DNA of 64,000 nucleotides from Kondoa subrosea (taxonomy: Eukaryota). Under the pieces are notes generated by a model. It ran no database searches and was not told the DNA's origin. It saw nothing but the letters and a program-made list of their open reading frames with translations. Positions 1-13,303 of this stretch are shown here, piece by piece. The DNA is taken from contig BCIN01000001.1 of assembly GCA_039545335.1 (NCBI GenBank), positions 372,001 to 436,000 on the forward strand, given 5' to 3'. How positions within the stretch are numbered: the first letter of the stretch is position 1; every line of letters starts with the position of its first letter. Both the position numbers and the translations under genes were made by a program.

Positions 1-930
1 CTCATCTACACCTTGATCGATGTCTCGTTGCATCATAATGGCTATCTAAATCTTACCTATTCTTCAAACCTGCATGGCCTTCCCTAATCAACATCAGGCA
101 GATCTCGCTTCAGCGCAGCTCGTAGAGTCTGGCATAGCTGATATCTACATTTCTTGGCCATCGTCTTCCGTAGCGCCTGCAGTCTCTTTCGAGCCTCACG
201 CAAAAAGCACTGCTTTCAGTTATAAGCTGGATAACATTCCTCACCTCAAATACGTCAGTCTCTGTGCGATATCTCTTCCTCTGAATGTACTGATACCGTA
301 ATCATCAGCTCTCGATAAGTCGTCCAGCCGAGGAAATTAGTCTGCAGGATCTCAAGCAAATGGAAGATAATATGAAACGTCTGCTCAGTCAGCTTGCCGA
401 TCAATTGGGACGTCTGCTCATATCTCTTGGCGGACGCTATGTCTTTCACTTTGTGGATTTGGAGTTATGGCTTGTAAACCGCTTAGCTTTAGATAGGTTC
501 GCATCTCGCTATCCAAGTCACAAAGTAAAAAGTTGATCGTTATTCGTACGTAGGCAATTTGCCAAAGCTGAGTGGCAGATCGCTGGTCAAATCATGCTAT
601 TACACAAACTGGTAGCGATTTTGGAGTCTCTGTTTGGTGAGATTCACTTTTCTACTGCCACAGGCTTGGCTGATGCATTGTATAGTGCAACTGGCTTCAA
701 AAATTGCTCTACGGATAGAAACAGAACAATCTCTGACCTCTTACAAATACAAGCTACTATCCTGGTTTCGTGACAATAGCAATGCAGGAGGTCACGTTGG
801 GGAAAGTCCAGCCAATTTTATCCTCTGGAATGCTTCCAATCAAGCCCTAGAATCGTCACCTCCAATCTCGCCAGAACCCTCATCACACCTTCCACACAAA
901 GAATTTTTCGAGAGCCGAAAAGATCAATAG
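1..930 (+). CDS. Hypothetical protein, 5'-truncated by the window edge, spliced
   Basis: ORF segments 74-253, 309-496, ~554-611 and 664-930 can be joined through GT-AG introns (e.g. GTCAGT...ATCAG at 254-308). No recognisable domain. Confidence 0.4.
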
Positions 931-1219
931 GACTGCTGGACCTTCATTGACATGAAGCTTACAGGACTTCTAATCGGTGGTGGTGAAACACAGTTATTGT
1001 ATTACAATGATTTTGTATGCAATGGAATTCTTGTTATCATTACAAGTCGTTGGATCTCTTGTTCCACCAACCCAGCTTCTTCATCAGCTTTGGCAGTCTG
1101 AACACTCCAGCTCCAGGTACTCGTAATCTCGGACCGTAACATAAGTGCTTGAGATGGCAATGCAGGGGGACGGATAAAAAATGCAGGAATACGCTATGCT
1201 ATATCTTCTACTATGTACA

Positions 1220-2801
1220 TCACTGCCCCGACTCAGCTTTCCCAAAATGGAAACTCTTCTGCCATTTATTCGTATTCACCCTCGCATTCGCTTTCGCAGG
1301 TAAAGCAGAAGGTTTAACAAAACAAACCAGAGAACGAGCATCGAAAATAGATTGCGCTTTCGTTGCAAAAGTATCCACTTGTTTTGGCGATTTATCGTGT
1401 AAAAAGGCAGTGGAGTGAAAGAGTTCTGACCAAGGCATACAGGATGGACCAGGTAGACCGCCTAGCAGTGCTCTAATTCCCATCAATTAGACTTGATACT
1501 AATGAAAAGAAGGCATGACACTCACGTTACTTTGTTCGCTTCTGCTTTGAGTTCCGGTGCATTGGAAACAGCAATACCGAAAGCGAAAGAAGACTGAGCA
1601 GTAGAAGAGCTGATTGTATTGCGTGCCAGATAAGTATTCCTCGCTATCGGTTTAGCACCACTGCCGATGAGAATACCGGCGCTGAAGTATCCTCGCCAAA
1701 CGTGAATCGTATTGTCGCTGTCTTAAGACTCAGCAGGTATCAGGTGTGAAGTGAGACGGGATCTCACCTGATGTACAATCCTTCTTCCGTTGCAGAAGTC
1801 GAGCTATCTGATCCAGCTTCAATCAACATGCCTGCTACGCCAGTGCGGTCTGAAGATATCGAGACAGTATTGTCCAAGACATTGGTACGAGCTGAACCGA
1901 TGACATGAATACCGGAACCAGCGAAGTTCTGTTGGTAACATTTCAGTGCGCGATATCAGAGCGAGAACAAAGCGACTGACTGTAATCATGCTATTGCGTA
2001 TGGTGCTGTATGAATATGATTAGACACAACTTCCATACAGGACGAGAGCCACTATACCTTCTTGGACAATTCTGCAACACAATACCGCTCGAGAAAGAAG
2101 TATCGGATCCATCGAGCCAAGACTCAAGAGTTGAATTAGATGCGAAGACTTCAGCTGTCGGGCTAGATTCGATCCACGCGACCAGATCCACGCCAGCGAC
2201 TTCAGCGTTTGAACAGCTTGAGCCTGAATCATTGACTCAGTCAAGTTAAACTGGACAAGTAAAGAAACCTTTACCTGATATACGGATAGCAGCATCCCCT
2301 CTCGGCTCAAAGATCTCCATGTTGGTGATTTCAGCATATGAACCAGCTTCGATGACAGCTCCTCCTTTTGGTAACCAGCCATAAACACCTCGACCTCCAT
2401 CGATTCTCAAGTTCTTGATCTTGGCTCCTTGACATTTTTCGCATGTAGCATCAATGAGAGTAGCTATACTGCTGGATTCCGAGTCCACTCCATCATAAAG
2501 TTGCAAGACAGCTCGAGAGTCGCCGTCGGCGGAAGTGAAGATTGACTGATCTGATGCGGTGAATCGAATAGGATCGTCAACGTAGATCACAGCATCCGCG
2601 CAGAGTACAATCTGAGCGCCTTCGACACGAATAACGAAATTTAGCTTTGAACCCAATCTTATCATGAAACCGAATACCTTTGCCTCGCCTGAGCAGTGAT
2701 TTGTTGATTGCACTAGCCGTACTATTACCGCCGATGCAGGCTTGTCTCGCGAGGATCGAATGCGTCAAAGCCAGGATTACAGCAATATTCGCCAAAAGCA
2801 T
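1220..2801 (-). CDS. Secreted right-handed beta-helix (pectin-lyase-like) protein
   Basis: N-terminal signal-peptide-like MLLANIAVILALTHSILA; spliced exons with beta-helix-like repeats (AKIKNLRIDGGRG, AEITNMEIFEPRG, NTYLARNTISS); stop after ...AESGQ at 1220. 3' end less certain. Confidence 0.6.
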
Positions 2802-3189
2802 TCTTGGAGTTCGAGGATTGGTCGAGATGCGCCGAGTCGCAGCAAGGACAGATAGCTTCCGCCCGCATCGTTCTGGGCAGCCCGCGGCGAGTACCTGATT
2901 AGGTTGGAAGAGAAGGCAGGAATTATGACTGTTGTCCGGATTTGGCTATCAATATAAAGTTGATGCAGATCTCATATTACCTATTTCGGTTTGGTGCTTC
3001 CCGGCTGCTGTCATTTGCTCTAATGCAAGGTCGCTGGACTTGCTTATTGACGTCTGGCCTTTTTTTTGCTTCCTCCATGTCGAATCAGCTGATAGCAAAT
3101 CCACTTGCTTGATCACCTGCAAGCATCTGCTTCTCTTGCTCTCGTTCATATCTCTGTGCTATCTTTCCAATTATATCTCATCGCAAGCC

Positions 3190-4230
3190 ATGACATCGCA
3201 CTCAAGAACCATCTCTTCAGCCACGTCTCGCTCAACAGCTACAACAAACACTCAGCATTCTCGTACTTCATCAGGTGGATCAGTCTACTCTCTCGCCTCC
3301 CCCTTGGTTCTTTCACCGAGCACAACTTCTCATGCTCACAAATCATCAAAGTCGAGCAACATCTTCGCTAAACTCAAGCACAAAGTATCAAGGGACGACG
3401 ATGATGGCTTTGATTGGAAGTGTAAAGGAGAGGACTTGGAAGATAACTTCAACTGGCCTCCTACTGGTTGGAGTGATACTGTTCGGACATTCACTTTCTA
3501 TCGTTGATATTCTTGCTTACATTGCCAACAGGCCAAAGATATCCAATCTCAACTTGATCAACAGCTAAATCAATCTGTTACTCCACCTCTGGTCCACAGT
3601 CGAAGTTCTTCTGATTCTTCCTCAACTGGTTCAACTTTTTCCACACCATCTACAAGTCGAAGTTCTTCCTCTTCTGCTTCCTTCAAATCAAAGACTCTGC
3701 CAGATCTCCCTTCACCTACAACGCCCATGACAATCTCCGAACGCAAACATACTCGATCGCGTGCTTCACCTCTTTTCATTCCTCTTCCAATCCATGCATT
3801 AAATATCAGTCCCCGTTCAGCAACCTTCTCAATTTCCTCTCCACCTGCAACACCAGATGAAAAACGTCAAGCAGCAGAACAAGCAGCAGTAGACGCCATC
3901 AATGATTATTTCACTACTTTACGCGTAGAAGAACCAAATCAAGCATCAACCAACCGAGCTAAATTGGAAGCAGAATTTGCGATTCGCCGACTTCCACCTT
4001 TACCATCATTAGGTGCTCCAAGACCACTGTCAAACCAATCTTTACCTACTCCTAGATCTGTTTCAGCTGAAAGTCATCTGACTGTACCAAGACCTTTACC
4101 TCGTCGTCCGGATAACAAGACTAGGATGGGGAACAACAGGCCTTCCAGTATCTGCGGTGGAGATTGTTTCTCTGCTCAAGAACTGGGTCAACTGCAGGAA
4201 AGGAGGTCGTCAAAGTATGATTTCCTTTGA
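3190..4230 (+). CDS. Hypothetical Ser/Thr/Pro-rich protein
   Basis: ATG 3190 (MTSHSRTISS), probable single intron near 3470-3530, continues into ORF 3727-4230; low complexity, no domain recognised. Confidence 0.55.
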
Positions 4231-4414
4231 CAAGACATGTACAACAATTGGGCTCGCTTGGGAGGTGTTAGGGAAAGTTTTGTCAAAACAGGAAGAAGTG
4301 TTGGGTTTAGTTGTCATGCTATTTATGCTTATCATTATTTGTACAGTCGCAAAGAAAGGGTAGTACATAGTTTACATCAAATGTATATGAGTGTTCAAAT
4401 ATCTGCTTCCTTCA

Positions 4415-6268
4415 CTACCATCGTGTTTCCTTGAGTTTGGACGCAACAGCTTGTTCTCTTTCTCTTGCAGTTCTCGTCAATAAACTTTTTCCAGCAGGTG
4501 TCAACCCTTCTTGTCTGCTCTTGGGAGTAATAACGCTCTTCTGAGTAGCACCAAAAGGACTATCAACTCTACCAGGAGTCAAGCCCAATCTCTTGCTAGC
4601 CATGGCACCAGATAAAGTAGGTAAATTCACACCATGCCTAGCACTTAAGCTCTTGCTCGCTGTCTTAGCCATCTTCAATGCCAGTTCTTCTCTTCTAGGA
4701 GTAGCAGGGATCTTGAATGGACCTTCTTTGATTTCTTTTGGTGCCTTCGTTGCTGGTTCGTCTGAATTGAGACCACGTAAAGCTATTGGTGTCGCGGAAA
4801 GTGTTCCGTAAGTCATCAGTTGTTTCAGACCAGTTGAACCAAGGTTGGTAGGTAAGAGTGAAGGCATAGCATCAACAAAACCATAACCATTAACTCGAGG
4901 TGTTTCAGCATCTCGGCCTGGATCTGTGAACAAGCGAAGAGCCGTAAGCTCACAAGCGCTAGCCGGCAGTTATCGTCACTCACATGGTGTACCTCCGATA
5001 GCCGCTGCGATATTACTTCTGCTCGGACTCGGGGGAACGAGATCTTGAGAAAGATCAGTTGACGAGCCAGGTAAGCGAGTATTGAGATGGTTGATCCCCT
5101 TTGGCAAGACTAAGTTTTGTTCTGTTGCAGTAAGAGCACGAGGTCGTTGATCTTTTAATGCAACATTGGCGTCTGGCGGGAACATGAACGAATTGCGAGC
5201 CTGCCAGATCAAAACAATGGAAGTCTCAGCCAAAGCTGACTCTTCCACAGCACTACTGACCGTGTACTCCCAAGTCTCAACGCGATCTACATCCTTACCA
5301 TCCAGCGGCACTTGCGAAACATCCGTTGCCTGTTGCGTTGCGTCTCCTTTCCCCTCTTGCTGTTTTGCAACCTCTTTGCCTTTTCCGCTATCACCCTCTT
5401 TTGCTGCTTCAATCATCAAGCTATTGTTAAGAGGAGCGCCAAGTAGCCGCTGCTTCGCTCGCGTTACGCTGTCTCTGTCTCCGATGACGCTCGTTCTTCC
5501 ATGTTCAAGCACCAGTCTTTCACCAGGTCTTCCAGGATCAGCACCCTCTATTAGACTAACAGTACCATCCTCGCTCATTTCCACAGCTCTCTGAACGCAT
5601 TCAATCAACCTTTGCCTATTCTCCCTTGCTCTCATTTCTCTTTCATTAGCTTTCTGTTCAGTTTCAAAAGCCCAAGAATACTGAATTCGACGAGCTTCAT
5701 TATTCCGATCCAAGATCTCCGCGAAAGAAGCATTATCTTCTGAAGTATAAGTAGCGAGGAAGTTGGTCAATGATAGAGATTCATCGTAAGCTTTGACTTC
5801 TTCTTCTGGTTCACGGAGACGAGAAGTGGATGCAGTAGGAGTAACGGGAGTTTCAGAGCCTAGTTCTCTACCAGCAGCAGGTGTAGCTCCTAACATATCC
5901 ATATTAGCTCCTCACTTCATTCTTTCGCCTTAGACAAACATACCTAGATTACGGAATGTTGCAGGCGTGTCACCTATCCTTGAACGAGCTGTCCATCCAC
6001 CTCTTTCAGTAGTAGAAGCATATTCAAAAGCATCCCTAGTTGAGAATCGTTCCTCTTGCTTCCGAATCGCTTCAGCAGCTTTGTCCGCCGCATAGAGATC
6101 TGGAAAGAAGTCCCTCTTGACTATATCACTGATCGCTTGAACGTAATCATCCTCTGAAAGAATACTTTGTCGGTAGATTGACAAGGGTAGCTTGGGACGC
6201 TTGATTGAGGCTAGTTGCTGATCCTCTGAGGGTCGCTTGGCTAACGAACGACTGGAAGGGGTGCTCAT
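4415..6268 (-). CDS. ESS2: Nuclear protein ES2/DGCR14 (ESS-2) family splicing factor
   Basis: Family-typical motifs LSEDDYVQAISDIVKRDFFPDL, YTSEDNASFAEIL, RVNGYGFV, TYGTLSATPIAL, FKIPATPRREELA across four spliced exons. Confidence 0.85.
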
Positions 6269-6895
6269 GACTCTCGATACAGTCTGAGCAGTCAGGTGCT
6301 TCGATGTTTGCGAATGACCTTGGGTTGGAATGAAAGCAATGCCTGTTGAGCTGCAATTGGAGGCAACTGCTCGCTATCCAGATGACACATATATCTGTCT
6401 GTATTGCTATCGCTGCGTCTTCTTCCCATCTTTTGTTGTCGAGGAAATCGCTCGGACTATTATTCCAGTTGCTGGTGTCTCGCTCTTGCGTTTGCGACCT
6501 TGCGCTTGCGATATGTTACCGGCGTGTAGTCAACCGATCCTGGATACCTGCGCTCGTCGGAAGAGGCTGTGTCCTGTATTCCTGGACTCGGATGACGCTG
6601 CCTAGGAAGTTGTGATGCTGAGTTCTCGCTGTGTTTTCATGCTTTCTACTGCTTTACCAATGAAGTAGAGCAATCGACGAGAGATGAACCGTCCACTCCC
6701 TTCTTCCTTTGTTCTCTGGCTCGTCAGCTCGAGTGATTTCTCTCCTCTTTCCCTCGACTGCAAGTGTAGTCGTATCTCTTGTCGTCCTAAACATTAATCT
6801 ACGATGGTAACGAGTATGCTCGATATGAAGGCTCATTCCAACGAACTCATGCTGATAGACATTGTTCGCAATAGCCCAAGAAGTTTCTGATTTCA

Positions 6896-7803
6896 TGGAG
6901 GAAAGAAGAGGCGGCCCAAACAAGAAGGAGGGCCATTATCTTGCATGTCAGCATATCAATCCCGGACATCATGATTACAACGGCGGTGAAGGTCATCTTC
7001 TTCTCAATCATAGCACGGGAAAATCCTATCAAGTCAAGAGCAGAGACCAGTCAAGCAAAGCTGACCCAACTAGACCTCCTGGAGAAATCGTAATCAAGAA
7101 GATCGGCACGGTCGCTTGTACGAAAAACAGATCGAAGCATAGAAACAGTCGCTGATAGCTCTACATCAGGGACCCGCAAGGCTTTGTGGAGCACTCTCCG
7201 ACAGAGCGGCCTACCTATACAGACAGAGCTCAACCGCTCTGTCGCTGATGTCGACACAGCTGCCATGATCTGCGCTTGGTCCGGGTTACCTTCAACTGCA
7301 CATAATGTCGCTCACGACGTCAAAGAAGCTTGCATCCATGTCTGGACTTTCTTGCACAACAGTCTCTTACACAACAGCCGATCTACTATGCTTGAACGAA
7401 CCGTGACCGCAGAGCTGGCTTCAAAAGCCGACGAACTTTTCCGTCAACATGCAAGGGGGGCTATTCTTGAGCAGCAACCTCTTCGACAAGCAGCTAAAAT
7501 CAAGGCTGACGAGCTTTGTCACAACTATAGTGTCAACCCTCAACGATATAGGGTAGAATTGCGATCGGATGGGTGCAAGCGGTTTCTGTTGATCGGTCAT
7601 CCTAAGGATGCTAATAGCAACTATTGTAAGTCCTGTCTCTTTCTCTAATCGGCCTTGCTGAAATGACAGGTTAGATAAAATCGACTTCGTGAACGAACAG
7701 GGATTGGCAATACGCCTACCAAAGCTAGTTCAAGTGCCAAATCTCAAGCTCAATAGTGTGAAAGCACATCAGCAGGCTGCCACGAACTCTATGACGCTGT
7801 AGT
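6896..7803 (+). CDS. Hypothetical protein (exon structure unresolved)
   Basis: ORFs 6862-7155 and 7184-7648 plus GTAAGT...TTAG intron at ~7626-7674 leading to a stop at ~7803; CT-rich promoter-like tract upstream. Frame across the first intron not resolved. Confidence 0.35.
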
Positions 7804-8166
7804 TGAAGCTGCTTGTTGAGTACTTATCTGCCATACGCTATGCCTTCTACTAGACACGAGCGCGATTTGTATTTTCATCTACCCTTGCCGAGCGAGCGTG
7901 ATGCCCGATCTTGATATATTGGGCAGCAGATGTGATGAGACTCAAGCAGATCCCGTTTGAATCCGCGAGCAGTTCTAGTCAAAAGGTAAGACACAGTCAG
8001 TCTCCTTTCCAAGAGAAAGCGTACGAGACTCTGCCAATAGAGCCTTTTTCGACTACGAACGATGCAAACGATGCATCGCATTCTTAAAAGGAAGGAGAAG
8101 AGAGAGACATAGAGAGAGGGAGAAAAGACAGCAAGACAGTGCTCGTGTGCCAATCGCAGAACCGGT

Positions 8167-9780
8167 TTAAGCTTTAATACATGTAGATGCCGCTTTGCTC
8201 GGCACTGTCGGCTCTTCTACTGCAATGCGATCACGAAAGTCTCTCACCACGCCTGACTTCATTCCTGAACAAGTCACTTTATCTGCACGTTAGATAAATC
8301 AGTCAAAGGGTTTGTACTATCGAGGTTAACCAACGAGATCTCTTCCAATGTGCTTTCGCACATGACTGTGAGCAATAAGCTACCAACTGCAACGTAACGG
8401 TCAGTTCCATTCCAGTTTGCGTTCGTGAAGCTTACACCGCAACCACCGCAGAGACGCATCATTTGTTTTGCTTCTTCCTTTGTTCTTGCGTACACAGCAC
8501 ACATCGCACACGCAGTGAATTGAGTACCAACACTGCGAGGCGCGTGGTCTAACCACCTCTTCGGATCTGACGAGTCGAGTGTCGTCATGTTGGTCGCTCT
8601 GGGTGTCATCCGAAGGTAGAGCTCGAGTATGAAGTTGAGCAGATTGCCAAGTTCATCATCATTGTCCCAGATCAGCTTGGCCAAGTTTTGAGCTTCCATG
8701 GCAGTTTGGAAGATTCGGAAAGCTTCAAAAAGGTCGACACTAACGACGTTTGCCGCACAATACTCGCAGCATCCTTTTCCGCCAGCGTAACGGACTGTCT
8801 CGGCGAGCGTGTATCGTACAAGTTTTCTGTAGTGCTTCGGGTGAGCTCTGAAGAATTCAACCTGCACCGAGGACGGGTTGAGTAAGTCACCGCATTGAGA
8901 ACAAGATCATTCTGCCGTTGAGTTTACTCACAATCAAAGCAGCAGTATCTCTGATCTGCCATTGAAGAAAGATGGGTTTCATATCTTTTGTTATGTGTCC
9001 GAAAGAATCCAGTTGTACAATTGCTAGTCGTATCAAAGCGCGAAAATAGATGAAAACCAGGGAATCTGGTAGATGGGTAATCACTGCGATGATGTAGGAG
9101 AAAATTGACTTGCAGTATCGATACAGGAAAACGACAGCTTACTGTTGCTGCTTTTGAGCAGTATCACAAAAGTGGTGCAAGACCAACAGAGAGATACACG
9201 GCTTTCAACATTAAAACGCAGGAGTTCCATATTGGCGGCAGAAGAAGTTGGCGTAGCATTTGTGCAAGCCAGAAATTTCTCCCCGACTAGCAGTGGAGCA
9301 CGAGATAGAACCGTTCGTACTTGTTACGCATGAGCCAAAGGTGCTGTTATGGGCCACCTATGCTTACATTCCGATCCAACTTCAGCAGTGTTGCAGCAGT
9401 CCGGCCTGTCGACGATTTGAGATCAGAAGAAAGCGGTAAAATTAGACATACTGATTGCAATCAGCCTGAACATGGTATGCTAGATCTTCCATCGCGCTGT
9501 CGAGTATCAAATTGCTGTGCGCCGGTCAGAAACTATCCGATGTATCGATTGCTCAATGCGTACTGAAGGAAAGCAGCATCTAGTCCCAAGACAGATTAGC
9601 CCAAACATCAACTTGCGCTCTTGCTGACTGACTGTACTCAATCTTCAGCGAGTGTAGTTCGTCCTCCTCTTGCAAAGTAGACAGCGTGCGACCTTCCCTT
9701 CCAAGCTTAGCCTTAAGCTGAACGGTAGGATCCAAGAGCATAGGCGCATCTGAAGCGTCGACCTTCCGTTTGGGTGTCAT
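8167..9780 (-). CDS. MYND-type zinc finger protein
   Basis: Spliced C-terminus reads CAMC...LCGGC..(Y)CSQSCAKAHWKRSHKVTC, the MYND Cys/His pattern; start MTPKRKVDAS at 9780; stop TAA at 8167-8169. Confidence 0.7.
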
Positions 9781-10037
9781 GTATGCGTTCCAGAGCAGAA
9801 CACCGAAAGCTGCTGCTCAGATTCCAGAAATTTGCTCAATGGAAAACAAAGGCCAGAAGTCAAAATCGGATGCACAAGAAACTGAAGACATGTAAGAGGA
9901 AAGCATAGACGCGTCAAGAGATGGAGATCAGAGGCCAGTGACCGCAATAGACCGAGATATAAGCGACTCGACGAAACTTATAAACAAGCGGCTCTCAACT
10001 TGCAACGGCCAATTGCAAAATACCCAAATGCTGACAG

Positions 10038-13000
10038 ATGCAGCGCTCGAATAGCAGCAAGCTAGATGCCTTTGGTGACTTGATATCCCAGCGAAGGCTG
10101 TCAGGATCGTTTGGGGCGGACCTCACACGTTTGGAGCAAGATTTGCAATTGTCGGCTGAAGTTGGGCAAGCGCTGCTGGAAGAGGTTACAGACTTGAAGG
10201 ATAGATTGAATGCTGCAGATACTGCGAGAGATCAATTGTTGGATAGGCTCGCAGCGAGTTATAGAGCCAATGCAGCTCTCGAGAAAGTGGGTCCAGTCAC
10301 ACGCTGGCCAGCTATGTCCTAGCTGATACATGTACACAGCGCCTGGATAGACAGACTGTGGCTCTAGAGACTGCTGAAGCTTCAAATCGTTCGTTACTGA
10401 ATACGCTCGAGGAAGACCGCAAGACTATTAGTCGACTCGCGGCTGATCAAGCTAGATCTGCTGGTGTTGATGAGAAGATCCGCTCATTGATACGCGAAAG
10501 GGATGATCTGCGGCAGGAATTGGATGCTCAGTCACGCAAGACTTCAGTTGCTGAAGGCAAAGCAAAGCGAGCTTCTGTCAGACTGAGTGCGTCAATTAAT
10601 CTAGATATGCAGTCAAAAGCTAACAGTACTTGAAGCTGAGGTGGAATCTCGCATGATCAATAACTTTGCACCTTCTGGGTCGAACACACCTTTATCCACA
10701 CCTCCTTGTTCACCTTCGGGAGCCAACTCAAGAGCCATTACAACTACACGAACAAGGAAACGCAACCCTTCTGATACTTCATTCATGATCAAAGCTTCTT
10801 CTGTCAATGCCAATACCGCTCCAGTCGAGCTGCTTCGCTTAATAGAATCGCTCGTCGAGCAGAACACAGCAACAAAAGCCGAAGCAGCGGAATTACAGAG
10901 CATGCTCGATGCTGCACGAGAAGAGCAGCATGCAATGCAAAATGAAATTATGAATATGCAACAACCTTGGCTTGTAGAGACATCGAAACAGTCACGTCGA
11001 CGGAGTATGGATTTCAAAGCTACTCAACAACGACAGCAATCTTTCGCTAGCGAGCTCATGCAATCGACTGGTTCTGAACCCATTCCTGCTCAATCACCTA
11101 CTTTAGTTGACGAAATTCAATATCAGAGCTGGACTCCTGTCTTGTCCCAATCTATGCTATATAAACAACAATCGAATCCTTTGGCAAGTTCTACCAGTGA
11201 TACTGGGTCAGACCAGCAAGCTCCTTTGTCATATCATTTGCCAGATGGAACTGTTCGACCTTCTTGGCGATCGCGGCGGAATTCCAGCAAGGGTATTATT
11301 CCCGTAATGAAACCAGCTGGAAGAAGAGCAAAGAGTGTGGACATGTCTACCTTGTACCAGGAATCAGACGTAAGTGCAGCCACGATTAGTCAAACCTTCC
11401 GCTTATACATTTCAAAAACAACAGTTACAGGCCTCAAGAAGCAGTCTTGAACCTATAGCCGACTCTTCGCCGTTAGCAAGTCGGCAAAGCCCTTCCAAAA
11501 ATGCAGCAGAACGCTCAGAACCAGCTTCACCTACAACCTCTCGAGTCGCTCCGAGCTTCCTATCCAAGTCCACTGCAACCTACAACAGTCTTCTGAACAA
11601 CACTGTCGACGCTTCAGCTCAAACAGATCTCACTTCCGATTTCTCGTCATCACATTCCCCTATGCCTTCTTTCCTTCGTTCTTCCACGCGAGATACCTGT
11701 AGTATCGACGATAGCACAACTTCTGATCTAGATCATCAGCTTTCGACTTCACCTGGTGATCTCACTTCTGTAGAATTCAACAGTCCGCAATCAGCTGTTA
11801 ATGACAAGACCGCTGGGCTCATTAATTTGGTCGATCATGCCAACAAGCTTTTGACGAGATTGAAGAATGCTGATGTCGCTAGCTTGGAAGTGAGGCTCAA
11901 AAAACAGAACTTACCGGGCGATGTTAGTCATTTGGCTAAAAGCACTGTAAAGGATATCGTACGTTTACGTTTTGTGTTGCGCTACTACCGAAGCTCAGTA
12001 GCGACTGCTGCGTACAGTTGGGCGAGATTGAAGCGATGAGGGACATCTTCCGTAAACTCTTCGACCAAGAGCGGCATCAGATTCTCGTTGAGGATCAATC
12101 GACAAGTCTCGTTGGCAGAAAAGATTTCTTCACCCTCGTTCGACTACTCAGAGATGTTCTTACTGAACTTGGTCGCTTGAGAAGCATCATCAATCGAGTT
12201 CAACTGGACCCAAGTTTGGCTTCGAGAATAGCGGAATTGGATGCGGGAGAATCTGCGGAAGAAGTGACAGCTCCTACTTCGCGGTCCTTTCTTGCGCCCT
12301 TCTCTCGCTTATTCTCGGGTGGTCCCACGTCCTCTTCTTCTACAACCTCGACGGAAAACACCTCTACCAATAAGCCCTCTGTTACTGGTTTACGTGCTCC
12401 GTCTCGTCCTGTTCCGAAACAAATGGCTTCAAGTGGCATCACTTCTGACACGGTTGTGGTCAAAAGACAAGTTTCGTCTACTCTTCCGTCTCAATCCGGT
12501 GAAGCTCCTTTGGCCTCGTCTTCTACCGCTGAGAGGAAGAGTGGGAAGGAGAGTAATCTATTGAGGAGCATCTTTGCTGGTGGATCAGGATTACCAGGTC
12601 GACCTTCAGCAGATAGTTGGAATTTGGTCGGACGGAATTCCAGCGCTGCTCCAAACGGGCGTCAGATGGCATCAGGACCTCTCACTCAAGCTACAGATGC
12701 TGTTCTGGACTCTTTCTCTCGTACGAATGAGGAGGAATATCGACCCAACCTTCTCGAGCGCCAATTACGACCAAGGGGCTTATCTGACTCCTCCATACGA
12801 TCCACTTTCATCGCTCATGCTATACCAAACACTATCCGACCAGCTAACATCACTTTATCTACACAAGCACATATTCCAGATGAAGATATTCACGCAACTC
12901 TAACGACCAATTCTCTTCGCGCAAGAGATCAACTTTCACGCAAGATAAGCCGACAACATCTCAACTCTTCCGCAGCTGCATCACCTCCTTCTTCTTCCTC

Positions 13001-13211
13001 CAGATCAGCTTCCTTGGCGTCAAGTCCTGTGGCTGTCCCAATCGGCAAATCAAGCCGACCTCAACCAAGTCCAACACTATTCAGCAATTTGCAATCTTGG
13101 GCTACTTCATCTCTAGCACCTCTCAATGCATTCGAACAAAGCCATCTTCAAGCATTAAACGCAGCTTCAGAACGCAAACGACCTCACGCCTCTAATTCAT
13201 CAGTATCGTAA
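10038..13211 (+). CDS. Large coiled-coil protein with Ser-rich disordered regions
   Basis: Consecutive ORFs 10038, 10358, 10641, 11374 and 12018 joined by short introns; N-terminal heptad-rich segment containing EQDLQLSAEVGQALLEE. Confidence 0.7.
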
Positions 13212-13303
13212 TTGATTCTAGTAATTCGCTTGTATAAGTGTCAGGGCATAATGTAATACGGGTGTGTAATTTTCCAGGATGCATTAAGAACTTAGAGCTG
13301 TAT

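Noticed and set aside
8167..8185. C-terminal CIKA of the MYND protein as a CaaX prenylation signal
   Set aside because: Lys at the a2 position is unfavourable and the last exon is only a hand prediction.
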